Origin: Yuukianura sp. NJ FZ-2021
Taxonomy: Eukaryota
Length of the DNA stretch: 64,000 bases
NCBI GenBank assembly: GCA_046563655.1
Contig: CM102290.1
Coordinates: 9,610,001-9,674,000, forward strand
Direction: 5' to 3'
This document shows positions 28,752-46,241 of this stretch, one piece after another. A model generated the notes under the pieces. It was not told the origin of the DNA and searched no databases. It was given only the letters and a program-made list of their open reading frames with translations. A program made the translations under genes and the position numbers. How positions within the stretch are numbered: position 1 is the stretch's first letter; each line of letters begins with the position of its first letter.

Positions 28752-28827
28752 CGTGAGAGGTCACGGGGTCACGGAATGCGTGAGAGGTCATAGGGTCACG
28801 GAGAACGTGAGAGGTCACGGGGTCACG
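28752..28827. repeat. 27-bp tandem repeat, ~2.8 copies, in the presumed Syt1 3' UTR
   Basis: cgtgagaggtcacggggtcacggaatg / cgtgagaggtcatagggtcacggagaa / cgtgagaggtcacggggtcacg. Confidence 0.85.
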
Positions 28828-29327
28828 CTTCCAGGTTTTTGAACAAGGCGATTTTCGAGCACACGGAGCCGGATAATTGCTTTTCTTTAACTTGTCGCAA
28901 TTTGGAGAAACTTACTTTTTTGAAAGTCTTAGTCGAAAGTTGCACTTTTTGAAACTTTCACTTATTGAAAGTTACTTTTTTGAAAGTTGGAGCTCCCTTT
29001 CTAAACTTATTTTGATAATAACCGTAGTTATATTAAGCTTTTACTTTAACCTAGCCAAGAGTAAGGGGTCAGAGGGCAATGACCTCTGAAGTTATTTGTC
29101 AATAGTTGGAGAAAGATTAAACAAAGAGCATAAGTTTCGTTTTTTTCACGAAGTTGAAGTTGGCGGGGTGTGGTAAGTGAAAACAAAGATTCGACTCCGT
29201 GCGGGCACGAAAAAAGAAAGCCCCGCCCCCACATGTTGTAAAATGGTTGCCTGGATACTGTTGTTGACCTTTGACCTTTGACCGTAGCACCAACAAGAGC
29301 ACGAGGTTAGTTTGTGTTAGGTTGTCC

Positions 29328-32836
<3,509 letters not shown>

Positions 32837-35317
32837 TCTAAAAGAACCATTCAAATATGAGATCATTTTGATTTTTTTTGAAAATGAATCGCGTTTGGAT
32901 CGATCCTCTGTCCGTGTTGATGAGCCAACTAACCTAATTTTTGGTTAATGTCAATTGGTGCGTTTAACCACAAACTAAATTGAAGTGTTGGTCTGTCTCT
33001 TTTTTGCTTCCTACTCCGTTCCTGTAGTAAAAGTTAGTCATTCAAGTCACACGGAACTTTCATGACCTTTGACCTCCCGTGATATTCTTTAGAGCTCGTT
33101 TGACCTCTCCAAATTTATCCACAGAAACTGCAGGCTGGTGGTCGCTTTGAGGTCAGGGCGGGGTCACTTTTCTTTAGAAGAAAACTTTTAGGAGAAAGTT
33201 GACTTTCACTTTGTATTTTCTGTTTTCCTCAACTGGTGTAATGCGTTACTGCTGAACGTTGTTAACTGTAGTGAGTAATTTTGTGGTTACGAAGGTTACA
33301 GTTGGTGGTTAGTTTAGGTTAACTAGTTACGGGTAGTGGTTTCTCGCCAGTAACCTTAGTTTCTGACTCTCCCTACCTTCTGTTTGGAATGAGAAATGAG
33401 GAGAAAGTGAAGATGAATGAAGAGAGAAAGGGAGTGGTCAGAGGGGTTTCTGTTTCCCCGGGGGAGGGGGAGGAGGGGGGGAGGAGAAAGTACGGAATTC
33501 CAGCTTACCTTTTCAAGGGCTCCTTCTGGAAGGCTCTTGCGGTGTAAAGGGCCCTTGGCACGTAACGCTTCTTCTACTGTGTCATGGTCTGAACTGAACA
33601 GAGGGGCCCTTGGAGTACTTCGCACCAAAAAAAAACAGATTGTGTTTCTAAACTTTCGTTTTTGAAGCCACAAATTTTTTGGAAAGTGGGAAATGTTGTG
33701 GAAAATGGTGGAAAAATCAATAGGTGGGAGAAAACACCCAGAAACCCTGAGAGCCGCAAAGGAATTGTGAGGTAGAGGTGGGTGACGGCGTGAATTTCTG
33801 CGCTCGTGCGCGCGCATTCAAACTTACGTCATCACTTGCTTTCTCCCCCACTTTCACTACACACACACACCCACATAACAACCAAAACAAGACAGCAGGC
33901 CAGGAAATCCAGTGACACTTGACTCTTCATCTATAAATCACACCTTCAATTACTCGTACACTTCAATTGATCCGAGTCAAAAGTCCATTAAAAGCAAAAC
34001 TAATTACTAAAAGTTACAAATCATAAAGAAAGTCCAAAACAAGCAAGATGTAAAAAAGAGTTAAAAAGGTTTTGAATGGAAAGTAATTTTATGCTGTAGC
34101 TTCTTTTATGATGCTATTAAGCTTATTGTAAAAGTGAAATTTGTTTTTCTGAAATCAGAATTTTATTTTGCTTTTTGAAAAGTTTAGAACAATCAAATGG
34201 AAACAATACAAAGAGAACATGAAGAACTCATACATTGAAAAGTGAAAGCTAATTGTTAGTTACGAAAAAAAGAGGCTGAAAACGGTAAACATTTCCGAAA
34301 AAAAGGAGAAGTTTCTACATTTTCTTTTCTGCGATGTGTATTTTTGAACTGAAATGTTTAGTAACGAAGAAATTCGAGAAAAAAGAGGAGTGTCTTTTCA
34401 ATGTCAATCGTTTCGCATAAAATCCAAACTCGTTTGCTGGCAATAGCCCATTTTTAAGTTGAAATTTATTATCATCTTCATGCGATAGGGATGTGATTGC
34501 ATAAGATCATAATAGCCATCCATGCCCAGCCACGCACGCAGCATTACTTGAGTTTATGCCGCCGATGCTCACCACACATGGTGCGGAACCTCAAAAACGG
34601 TATTCAATGTCAATTTACTTTACTTTCAAAACGAAACGCTTTTTAATGTTTTGGCGCACCGAATTAAATCTGACATCCACCATTCTAGAATTTAATTGAA
34701 GTTGATAACCGGAGAAATAAACTACAATGTACAGAGTGATTCAAGTTTGGTTAATTTAAATAATAATATATAATGGTAGTGTAAGTTCGTTACGATATTA
34801 TATGGTAAGGATTAAGGTTAAGGCAATAATGGTATTGTAACTATCGAATAATGTGTGATGTTACCATCTGGTAGTGACGAGGGTAGTGCATCATTGTAAA
34901 TACTGTGGGAAGTTCACACTGGGAAAGATTAAAATCGTTCAACTAAAACTAAAATAAATAAAATACATTTATTTTTGTCTTGTATCTATAATATACATTA
35001 TTATTACACGTATAAATATTATGACATTTTTTAATTACCGTTTTGCAGCTTGTACGGGCACGGTAACCAGTACCGGATTGGGCGATACGCACCCTGAAGT
35101 TGTATTTGTGGGAGACGACATCGTGGGTATTTTTGCCGCCCCAGTGTCAACATTTGAATTGGGGCCATGACCTTGGGATAATCTTTCCTCGTGTTACACA
35201 GAAGAGCTACGCAGAAACTTTCTGGAGTAGTAATTGTTCAGCGTTTAATCCCGGTGGTGCGATTAATTCTCTTCTGGGTTGGGTCTTTTTCCAAAGCATA
35301 TTTTTGGTTTCATCGTC

Positions 35318-38300
35318 ATGTCTTCCCGTGAACGAGCGTCGCGACGATTTTACCGAGTAGAGAGTCAACATGACCTTTTGGCCTACATGGACCGCGGAAT
35401 GTCCGCTATGCAGGAAAATCGGTGGGTCCTGGAAGTGGCCTGGGAAGCGGCAAATAAAGGTAACAAACGCATTCTTTGCTCTTTATATGGGGTGGTGTTG
35501 CTAAAACTCCACTTTTACACATACGAAAATTTAAACGTAGTATTTTGTCTTCATACTTCATTAAGGATAACTAGTACCTAATGACCATCTTGAACTCAGT
35601 GACCTTCAGACTGAAACTTCAAGGTCAATTTTTTAGATGGATTTTTTATTAAAGTAACGTTTTTCTTACTGCTAGAGACCTTTATGATCCTACTAAAATA
35701 TTGTAACATCGGGCTTAAGGAAATTTTTGGTAACAACAATACTTTTCAGGGCTGGCATACAGTTATGAAGGGCATGAGAAACGCTAATTTAATGAAAAAA
35801 TTCATTTAATAAAATTGACCTTGAAGTATCATTCTGAAGGTCTCCGAGGTCAATGGTCAGTAGGATCATCGATAGTTATGAAGTTTGGAGACAAAATGCG
35901 TTTAAACTTTCCTGTCTTAAAAGTTGAGTTTTTGCAACACCGCCTCATCAATTCTGGCGAGTGGGAGTAGCGAAGAGAATTTCTTGTAACAAACTGTTCG
36001 GGGTTACATCTTTTACATCCATATTAGGCGTCAAATATCAACTCAATTCGAAGCATGTATGAATGACAATGGCAGTTTATGATTTTTAATGGTTATTCTT
36101 ACAGTTGGAGGAATTTATACCGTCATTCGGTCCAAGGCCTACGTTTCAACGGAAGAAATGGGTGACAACTACTGTCTCTTCGGCCCGTACAAGGAATACT
36201 ACGCTCGACAGGAAGTTGAACTCGGTGACTTTGCACACGATTCACCTCTTCAAATTGCCGCTAACAAACTAAGAGAAATCGGATTTCAAGTAACGCCTAG
36301 TCTACGATTGTTTCCGGTTTAATTAATTGGAAACCAGTGCTCTAAAATCTCATTTTGTTTACTAAGGTCAAATGTGGTCGATGGCTCGTTGATGGGAATC
36401 CGCAAATAGTCCTGTTCGACATTGGTTCTGCTTCTTGGAAACTGAGTGAATGGAAACAAGAGTTATGGGATAAGGCTTCAATTGGGATTCCACATAGTGA
36501 TATCGAATGCAACGACTCTGTAATTTTTGGATTCCTCGTCGCAATTTTTATTGCTGAGTTTCGAAAAGCTGCTGGCAGTGCGGCAGTCACAAACGGTGAA
36601 CATCAACCATACATTGTGGCCCACTTCCATGAATGGCTCGCAGGAATCGGGCTTATTCTGCTTCGACTCTGGGGCGTTGACGTGGCCACGGTGTTCACAA
36701 CGCATGCTACACTACTTGGTCGGTTTTTGTGCGCTGGCGCAACTGACTTTTATAATAATCTAGAAAAGGTAACTCAATCAGTAACTAAATACTTAATCTG
36801 TCACTATTATACTAGAAATCTAAGGTTTTCTAAGTTCAGAATTTTCTTAGTTCAACATCGACGAAGAAGCGGGAAAGAGGCAGATTTATCATCGTTATTG
36901 CATGGAGAGAGCAGCATGTCAAATGGCTCACACTTTCACAACTGTATCAGAGATTACTGGGCTGGAGGCTGAACATCTCATCAAACGAATCCCAGATGTT
37001 ATAACCCCCAATGGACTCAACGTCAAGAAGTTTTCAGCTCTTCATGAATTTCAGAATCTACATGCCATTTCTAAAAACAAAATCAATGAGTTTGTTCGTG
37101 GACACTTCTATGGTCACTTCGACTTTGACCTTGACAAAACCCTTTACTTTTTTACTGCCGGTCGCTACGAATTTGGAAACAAGGGAGCTGACATTTTCAT
37201 TGAAGCCCTTGCTCGTCTCAATCATTATCTTAAAGTACAAATCAACTTTCCGAAACAAATTATCTAGTAATTTTTTTTTCATGAAATACTGATTATTTTA
37301 GCAACACAATCCTGAGACTACCGTTGTTGCCTTCATGATTTTCCCTGCCAAGACAAACAACTTCAACGTCGAGAGTCTTCGTGGTCAAGCTCTAACAAAA
37401 AGTTTACGCGACACCATTCAAGATGTTCAGCAACACATTGGTCAACGTATGTACGATGTTTGTTTGAGGTGACAAGAAACAAAAGTTTAAAAAATTACGA
37501 AATTTTGAAAAACATTTTTCAAAACAGCAACGTTTTTGTTTTTTACTGTTTGCAGTGGTCGATTGCCCGTTCCTGAAGAATTGCTCCTAAAAGAAGATAT
37601 GGTAAAAATCAAGCGCTGTATCTACTCTCTTCAACGATCTACTCTTCCGCCAATCACAACTCACAATGTCGTTGATGACTTCAAAGATCCAGTCCTAAAT
37701 GGTCTACGACGATGTCAGCTTTTTAATTCTGTTCATGATCGTGTCAAGGTCATCTTCCACCCAGAATTTTTGTCTTCCACAAATCCACTGTTTGGACTGG
37801 ACTACGAAGAGTTTGTACGTGGTTGCCACTTGGGCGTGTTTCCATCTTACTACGAACCATGGGGATACACTCCAGCTGAATGTACTGTCATGGGAATCCC
37901 ATCAATTACGACTAATCTGTCAGGTACTATCAAAAAATCACGTTTTCAAAAATATTCTTGAAAATTAAAAGTAAAAAGAGGGTTTTCAAAATGGCTGCTT
38001 TTTCTTTGTGTTGATACCAGGATTCGGTTGCTTCATGTCCGAACACGTTGCGGATCCAAAGAGTTATGGAATTTACATTGTGGACAGAAGGCACATAGGG
38101 CTGGAAGAGTCCGTAAAACAACTGGCGACGGACATGTTTGAATTTTCAAAGCTCAACAGACGTCAGAGAATTATTCAACGCAACCGAACGGAACGACTCT
38201 CAGATTTACTCGACTGGAGAAATCTAGGAGTGGTGAGGATTAATTGTACAAAAACATTACTTTTCACAATCAATTGAATAATGTTTTGCTTTTTTTTAAC

Positions 38301-38592
38301 ACAGTACTATCGGCAGGCGCGTATCAAAGCGCTCAAAATGGTATATCCAGAGTTTCATGATGATGATCAACAAGGTGGCAGTGGACGTATGTCATATCCA
38401 AGACCAATTTCAGAACCGCCAAGTCCATCTTCTTCTCGTGCCACAACTCCTTGTCCATCCGAAGACGAAGTTGACTCAGAGGGAGAGGTAATTCATTAAT
38501 TTAAACTACAAAATTTAGTAACTTCAAATTGTAATCAATATGTTTCTGGTAATTAGTTGGAAGAGCTTCAGGGACGAGCAAACGGAAGATAA
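35318..38592 (+). CDS. GYS: Glycogen synthase (GT3 family)
   Basis: [91 protein letters not shown]-terminal phospho-cluster [19 protein letters not shown]. Confidence 0.97.
35489..35946. mobile_element. MITE with ~150-bp imperfect TIRs in glycogen synthase intron 1 (possible AT TSD)
   Basis: 35489-~35640 (ggggtggtgttgctaaaactc...gaccttcagactgaaacttcaaggtcaatttt) mirrors ~35805-35946 (aaaattgaccttgaagtatcattctgaaggtc...gagtttttgcaacaccgcctc). Flanked by at on both sides. Confidence 0.75.
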
Positions 38593-39048
38593 AAAATTCA
38601 CATGGAAAAAAATAGAGCATAAAACTGGCAACCGTTACGGACGCAACTGGTTGCAATTTTGGATAATCGACGAAGAACAAGGGCGTGTCCTCTTCCTTAG
38701 CTCGTGCCTAGTCTTTGTTCAGCAATAGACACAACTATCTAGCCCTGAGTTAATCATGACTCTTCTGTGCCAATTACACAATCAATCAACAATTCAGTGA
38801 TCAATTAAAGCAATTTTTAGCCAATTTGAGTTATGTCCATATCTGCTGACTCATTCCCTTGGGGTTGGGGTTGGGGTGTGTGTGATAAAAGTGTAGTTTT
38901 GTAACTCTTCTGTTGAGCTTTGACACTTCATTCATTCACTTCCTGAATTCAGGGTTCAACTCTTTAGCTGCTTTCTCTTTTGTCTTTAATTAGTATTTTA
39001 ATTTAATTAGTCAAATTTATTTGGATATCCAAATTTCCAGAGGTCATC

Positions 39049-40814
39049 ATGGCTTGTCTGGCCATTGACCCTCTAAAGGCGTATATTTCAGGTGAGTCGG
39101 GCCTGTCGGGCTACAAATTCAATTTCAGTTTGCTATTAATTTCTTGGTTATCCCGTTCCCGATCGGCGATGACCATATGATTAATCGATTACTTTGATAT
39201 TGCAGGATTCTCTTTTGACGAGACCAGATTGGTCATGTATTACCGAATTCATGTAGAAACTAAGGAAAACGTTTATTGGACGGTTGACAGGAGCTACTCG
39301 GAATTCGATGCTCTTCATAAGAAACTTGTTGATTCACAAGGTCAGTTCTGGGAGTTTATTACGTTTCAGAAGTGTTTGATCGATGTCTCTGGAAAAAGTA
39401 GTTTGTAAAGGTCATATGTTGGTTTATAGGACTTAATCTAACTCTTCCGCCTAAGAAATTTCTTGGTAATAAAGATCCAGTATTTGTGGAAAGTCGAAGA
39501 GGAAAACTAGACTTGTATTTGCAAAATATCATCCGATTACTGGGAAAGAATCCACCGACGGAATTGGCTCATTTCCTCAAGCTCTACGACTACGAAATCC
39601 TGTTTACACTTAGGAAAATGGCGCTTGAAATTTTTCAAAGAGGAGAGAAGTATCTGGAGAGTGATCTGTCGTATAAAATTTCACCATATCAGGTTAGTTT
39701 ATTATAACCTCCACTATGATTACATTAGTCACTAGCATAGAATAACATAAAGTTGATTTACTGAGGAGTTTACATGAAATGTTTTGAATCAAAAGCTGTT
39801 TGGAATCAAAGAACGTCTTAAACTTCCTCTGCCGCCTTTGGATTCCAATGACAAACGAGAAGATTTCAGTCATCTTATAGACTTCTGTACAAATGTGAAG
39901 AGCATGACCATCGTTGGCAGTACCATTCCAATTCCAAAGAGTACCATTATACCCAATGAGTACTCCATGGATCTCTTACCGTTCAAGTCACTCACGCAAC
40001 TGACATTGAAAATGGTTAACGTTGGCAGCCTTGAAGAGGTAATTACTGTACTGATGACGCGGTGCCGGTGCTGCATAAACTTCAATTTAACTTGTTTTAA
40101 AATAAGTTTTCTCAACTAATAAATATGTTTTTTTTTCATTCTAAGGTTTCAACTCTCCGCCCCACCTTACGATGTCTAACACTCAAAAATTGTCAATTGA
40201 CATCAACAGCTGAGCTGCTCCTGTGTGATACGCTGTACAAATCTTACGCCGAAGCAGGATCAACCTACGTTTGGCCAGTGCTCGAATCCATGTACCTTTC
40301 CAATAACGTTCTCCAAAGTGTGAGTGACCTTGGATCGTTAGCTCCGAAACTAAAGACGCTTGATCTCGGCTTCAATCAGCTCGAGAAAGTTTTTGATCTT
40401 ACCTCTCTAGCTTACTTGGAACAAGTGTCTTATGCCGGCAACATGCTAAGGAATGTCGACAATCTTCATCTGTATTTCCCAAATATCCGGATCCTAGACA
40501 TTTCCAGAAATCAAGTAGAATCGCTCCACGGATTTGCCAAACTCTACTGTCTCGCCTTCCTAAATCTCAGTTGCAATAGGATTGAAGATGTCAAAGAAGT
40601 GAGTCACTTGGCCAAACTGAGGGTGCTGGAGAGTTTGATGCTAACTGGAAATACTGTTGCTTCGTCCCTTGACTACAGAGTACGGACACTTGCAGTTTTT
40701 GGATCCAGAGCACCCGAGATTGCTTTGGATAACGAAAAGGCATCGGTTATTGAAGTTGATCAAATTGCAATTCTACAAGCAATTGAAAAAGGACGACAGC
40801 AAGTACTCGCCTAA
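39049..40814 (+). CDS. NISCH: Nischarin-like PX domain + leucine-rich repeat protein
   Basis: PX features (YYRIHV, WTVDREYSEFDALHKKL, LPPKKFLGNKDPVFVESRRGKLDLYLQ) followed by LRRs (LKTLDLGFNQL, IRILDISRNQV, LAFLNLSCNRI) and an LRR cap (LTGNTVASSLDYR). Confidence 0.85.
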
Positions 40815-43003
40815 ATATTGCCAATTTTCTCACTAAACTAGACTCGCAAACTCGAAATCACAATTTTCTAAGAACTAACCAAATTTCTGGATTCTTTGGA
40901 GAATTTAGCATGAAGTTCGCAAATAAATATTCGGAAAACTTCGTCAAAATTTGGACGTTTCATTTTAAATTGGTCCATTGACTAACTTCATTCCTTCGCT
41001 GTGTCTCGAGGTATACGTAAAATCACAAAACCTTGAAAAAGTCTTTATCGTACAATTTGCTTGAAGTTACTCCAGAACTAGCCGGTCGATTGGAGCCAAT
41101 GTTTATTTCCTTCTGTTTCATTCATTCCAGATACGCTCGTGACCTTTAACCTTTTGATGACCCTTCACTTCCATTCCATCATCATTTTTACCGTGTTAGT
41201 GGCATTGCAACTTTGTCGCTAAACCGCAATCTGGTTTTGTGGTAAACCCTGTTCCTGTGTCTATCATGCTCGATCCAAAAGTAACCAACCACCATTACCA
41301 TCAACTGGACGACTGGAACTAAATAGTTAACGACTCAGACAACTTTAACACATCCACCTAATAATTTGAAATTTCCTGCCTTCCTTTGCTTAAAATTCAT
41401 ACAAAGGCGTTGAGCTTATCCCATGCTGGAAGGGTGACGGTAGGTTCCATTCCAAAAGACGACTTGGGCAAAAATTGTTACAACAATAATCGAAAGGCTG
41501 ACCCGGAAGGAACAATAGCCAAAGAAACTAACCGCACGTTTACTTAATTAGGATTAATTGGTTTGCCAGTATCATTAATTAAACCTTTGGTTTCGTGACT
41601 TTAAAAGCAGTAATTTTCTGGGCTATTAATAGTTTGTCTCTTATTCCCTGCTCTTGTTACGGCACGCTGGAATTGGGGCAAATCGAGATTCGATATTCGA
41701 TAACTGCCATTCGATATTATCTCACTTCTCTCCCTTCTTCTGTTGTTTGTTTGAGAGAAGAAAAGTTTGACAGTTTAGAGAAGAGACTGTGTGTGACTTC
41801 TGACATTTCCTGGACACATGAACCGTGGTGGTGAGTTTGTTGTTGACACCGTGTGAACCGTGACAGCCGCTAGACGTCCAAGAAAAAGTTCTTTCGTGTG
41901 AAATAATTCGATTCCAGAAGGTGAGTATAGAAGTGTACATTCGTCCGTGAATGCGTGATATCGGTTCTGGCTAATAAAAATTTCAATGATTCAGCATCAA
42001 CTACAAGCAGATTCCATTTGTAGACGAAGCAACAAAAAATCGTTTCAAGGAGATCCAGCCGTGTCATAAAGGTGTTGGAAGTGCCGTTCTGCCGTTGGAT
42101 GATACAAGGCAGAGATGTTCTGGTAAGTTGTTAGACGATCTCCATGAAATTGGGAATGAATCTGCAAAAGTAGTTATTTTTGTGCTAACTTGTGCATTTT
42201 TTGTGGCCAGCAGCTTGCAATATCTCTCTCCACCCAGACCCAAGTATTGTATGTGTTTGCTGTATTTTTTAGCATGTGTCTTTTGTATTCTTTATCAGAT
42301 TACCAACTGATTTGTGGAAAAGGAAGTGGAAACCCAATTACCACCACTTTATGCCTTTGTTCCCTGCGCCAGAACCAGACAGGGCAGGTCCATTCGTCTG
42401 CTCAAGAAGGCTATAGCTCACGGGAACGAGAGTTCTCAAAAAGCCTGGCACTTCCATACCTAAGTTCTTCGGGATTTGGGATACACTCAGCACGTTCTTC
42501 GTTCAACCAAAAGCCTGTCTTCTGCCTGGTTTCTTTTGTGTACCACATTCATTGAGAGACCGTGGAGGTCTCTGGGGCTGGGCCAGTGTCATCAAATCAA
42601 GTGGACCAGGACATACAGGACACGGCCAAGTGGGCCAGCACAGGGCGGGACACGGGGGCGGAAGACAGGAGTCCGGATCATCCTGGAAGTACTTGGAAAG
42701 TATTTCACTGCCAAGCATGTACAATACCCGCTGAAGTATTCTGGACTGGACACTGGAAGATAAAAGCCTCTCGTGGTGAACACGTCACCGTTGAAATCAA
42801 TTTCCATGAGCGGTTTTGAGCCAGATTAGATTAAAAAGTGTGAGACATAGAAAGGACGTGGACTGGGACGCAGTGTGTGACTGTGTCAATCGTGTGGTGC
42901 TTAAGTTAGGTGGTGACTAATTAAACTAAATTCAAATTAAACTTCGTCCAGTCCTGGCGACATTCTCAACAATTTCAAGGTGCTAACTTGACACAACGAA
43001 AAC

Positions 43004-46000
43004 ATGGGCAGTTTTGAAGGTCATGTCGTTCCCGGAACGTTCTTTTCACTGTTCGGACTCTGGTGGCTCTACAGCTTATTTTATAGGTAAGTCATGTCCG
43101 ACTTGTGTCAATGTCAAAGGTCATGTCAATTGACATTCTGTGCACTGACTGATATTCGGGTGGTTCCTTCCAGGTTCTTCTATGTCCGGAGATTTCGTCG
43201 CGGAGAATACAAAAGTACGACGACCTTTCCAACTTGCCTTGGACCGTGGCCCGTCGAAGCCTTTTTTAAATTATTTGCCATAACTTTTGGCATGACAGGT
43301 CAGTACACATCGTCCCTGCTCCACCCACACTGTCAATACATGCTGATTAGAATTCTAATCACGAGGTCACGGATGCTGAGTCCTGAGTCAGAAGACTACA
43401 ACAGGATACATCTTTGTCTATCGTCCAATTGACACTATTGTGTCAATTCACAAACAAAACGTCAGTTAACCCACCACTTCCACCGTCCACCACTGAAAAC
43501 TGCTTCTGTTTTTGCAACTTAAGTTTTTTGCACTGGATGTGCATATTTGCCAAAGTAGGGCGTTGCTTTTAGGCTTATGATGCGTGTTATAAGAACTGCT
43601 CAGCGTGTCTCTCATTTACTTCTTTACTTTTAGAAACAAATCATAATAATTCCAGTTCCACAAAGGAAAATCATGAATTTAACTTCAGAAACGGCGTGAG
43701 CTTAATAAGGACGCGCAAATTAGCAAACCTTGCAATTTTGCGAATGTTGAAGCCCATTCCCATTTTTACCACCTTAACAAACCTGAACGCTCAAATTCTA
43801 TAAATTCGGCTTAGCTTGCACGAATTTGCCTTACCTTGCCATTTTGGGAATTTGCTAAACCCAATCTTACAAAAAACTTAAGTAAAGTCGTAAACCATGG
43901 TTTAGTAATTTCATTTTTTTAACTTCCCGTTCCAGACATCGATTTTGAAAAAGAAAGTGGAACAGACGAACCATTAGGTTTTTTCAGTAATGTATTTTCA
44001 ATTTTTCAAAAATGTCAAAGGTACGGTGATGGCTTATTTGGCATTCCTATTTAATTATTCATCATAAAAAATAAGTTCCTGAGTAGGTTACCATTTTCAT
44101 TGTTAGTATTTTTTTTTTTTTTTGAAATTTGCAAATGTGTATTTTCCGTTTGCTTTTCATGTCACGTAAGCATAGGAGGGGAGTTTCGCATGTCCTAGTA
44201 GTCCTTCAGATCACAATGGACAGGGGAAGTGTCTGGAAGGATTAGCGAGCGGTGCAAAGTTTTTGCTTACTTTATTTGTCATGTGCAAATCCAATAATTC
44301 GATTCCTTTTAGCACGCCCTCTTCCTATTCGTCTTTTTAAACGCTTTTTCCCGGGCCAAACTCAACCTTTAGCTATCATCACGCAGCCCACATTCTATTT
44401 TGTAGTAAACTTTCTTTTATGTGATAATATTTGCACAGCTTTCTATATTAACTTGAATTTGTTTACGTCTGGAGAATGATGGGATTGCCCTATAAAAAAC
44501 ACTTAAGCTATTCAAAAAACGTTTGAACCATTAGGGAGTTTGCGTTAAAAATAAATTACAGAATTTATAGAAGGTGTAGAATTAGTGACGCCACTTTTCA
44601 CACTTTTCGGATTTAGAAAATTTATAAACACGGAACATAAGTGCCATAAATGAGAAAAGTTTGGAAAGTGACGTCACACATTTGGAATCTACCAAGGGGC
44701 GGAACTTACTCAATTCTACCTGTATTACTTTCTATAAATTATTTACAACGCAAACTCCCTATTAAAAACACTAAAACAGGCATAAAAAGCCAGTAAAAAC
44801 GTTTGAGTTCCGGGTTCACTTGAACGACAGCTGTTTCCATTGTAACCAACGCCATTTTTGTAACCATCGAAGGAACATATACTGTTAGGCAATGTCATAG
44901 ATTTGGCGACACAGGGGGTTAAAGTTAAGATTAGGTGGGTACAAGGCGCATAATTAGTTTACACCAACCAACTAAACAGAAAAACGTTTGACGCTTATAT
45001 TATTACGAGAAACACCTAATAAGACGTTAAAAAACTGCTTAAGCCAATAAACACGGTTAAAATACCCGGAGGAGTTAAACAAAAGCTACATCCGTTGTAA
45101 CCACAAAGTGTAGCCTTCACTGTTCACTGCAATTTTTACTACCATTACCATTACGTTACAGTAGGTGGTTCAAAATATAAAAATGTTGGTGTGGGTTTCA
45201 CTGTGGTTACAGGCAATGTAGTTCTGGTTTACGCCAACCAACTATGAGAAAAAAATGTTCGAACGGAACCCTGGAGAAAGCTTTCCAAAGTCCGTCTAAA
45301 GCGTTTGGACAGCACAAAAGAAATATTTTTTTTAAATATTAAGATATAATTTTTAATGTAAATTATTTGTTTTTATTATTTCCAGGTGAGTTAGTGACAG
45401 GCTATGACTCGGAGGGCCACTTTGTTCATATGGGAAATGCTCAGCACATGACCATGTTCTTCTTCTTTGGGTTCAACGGCCTCATTGACCTCTGCTACTA
45501 CCGAAAAATCAAACTTCCGCCACGCCTTGACTATGTCACGGCAGCCTTGGCATTTCTCGTCCAAGCCTTTCTCTTCTACAATCACTTGCATGGCAGACCA
45601 CATATGGACATTCAGGTACTAACTAAACCTACTGCAATGTCATCGTCACCCAATCAGAGTTCAACTTGCTACAAAATGGCGCCAGGAGTTGACATTTTGT
45701 TTTGGATTGTAGGTTCACATGTTTTTGGTGTACATCATTCTGGGCTGCGTTTTTTTCACAGTGCTGGAAATGCTTTATCCGAAGGAGGTGTTGCTGTGTC
45801 TTGGAAGAACGTTTTGTACCCTGTTCCAAGGAACATGGTTCTTCCAAGTGGGTTTCATTCTGTATCCACCGTTTGGCCCGAAGTGGGACGTCGACAGTCA
45901 TCCTCAGGTAAGTTATTTTTAAATCAAAAATTTCAATGTTCGGAATGTGATGTTTCAGTTTTGAATAGAAATTAATTTTTGAATTTGATATTTTGTAGAT

Positions 46001-46241
46001 GATGCTGGTGACGCTGATCTACACTTGGCATGTGGCAGCTCTTGTTGTCTTTGTGAGTCTTGTAGGATTCTTGGTATGGATGAGAGTCCAGTGCCTCGAT
46101 GGTCCCGTCATGGCCTATCAACTAGTTGACACCTTTGCAGAAGACGAAACTGCACCAGCGACCAAAGTGAGCAACGGTCATGCCCACGCCGCTGCCAACA
46201 ACATGCACCGTCACCTCGACTCGGAGAGTGAAGACGCCTAA
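43004..46241 (+). CDS. TMEM45: TMEM45-family multi-pass membrane protein
   Basis: MGSFEGHVVPGTFFSLFGLWW start; GNAQHMTMFFFF; LFYNHLHGRPHMDIQVH; QGTWFFQVGFILYPP; YTWH. Large intron ~43299-45386. Confidence 0.88.
44533..44760. mobile_element. Small MITE (PIF/Harbinger-like) in TMEM45 intron, 3-bp TSD
   Basis: TIRs agggagtttgcgtt / aacgcaaactccct, with further internal symmetry (gtgacgccacttttca / ggaaagtgacgtcac); att at 44530-44532 and 44761-44763. Confidence 0.7.

Noticed and set aside
42050..42820. GC-richer stretch with many short ORFs, including an LRDRGGL string reminiscent of P-element-type transposase C-termini
   Set aside because: No sustained frame, TIRs or second motif. It may be TMEM45 5' UTR/intron or a decayed TE, and cannot be supported without a search.
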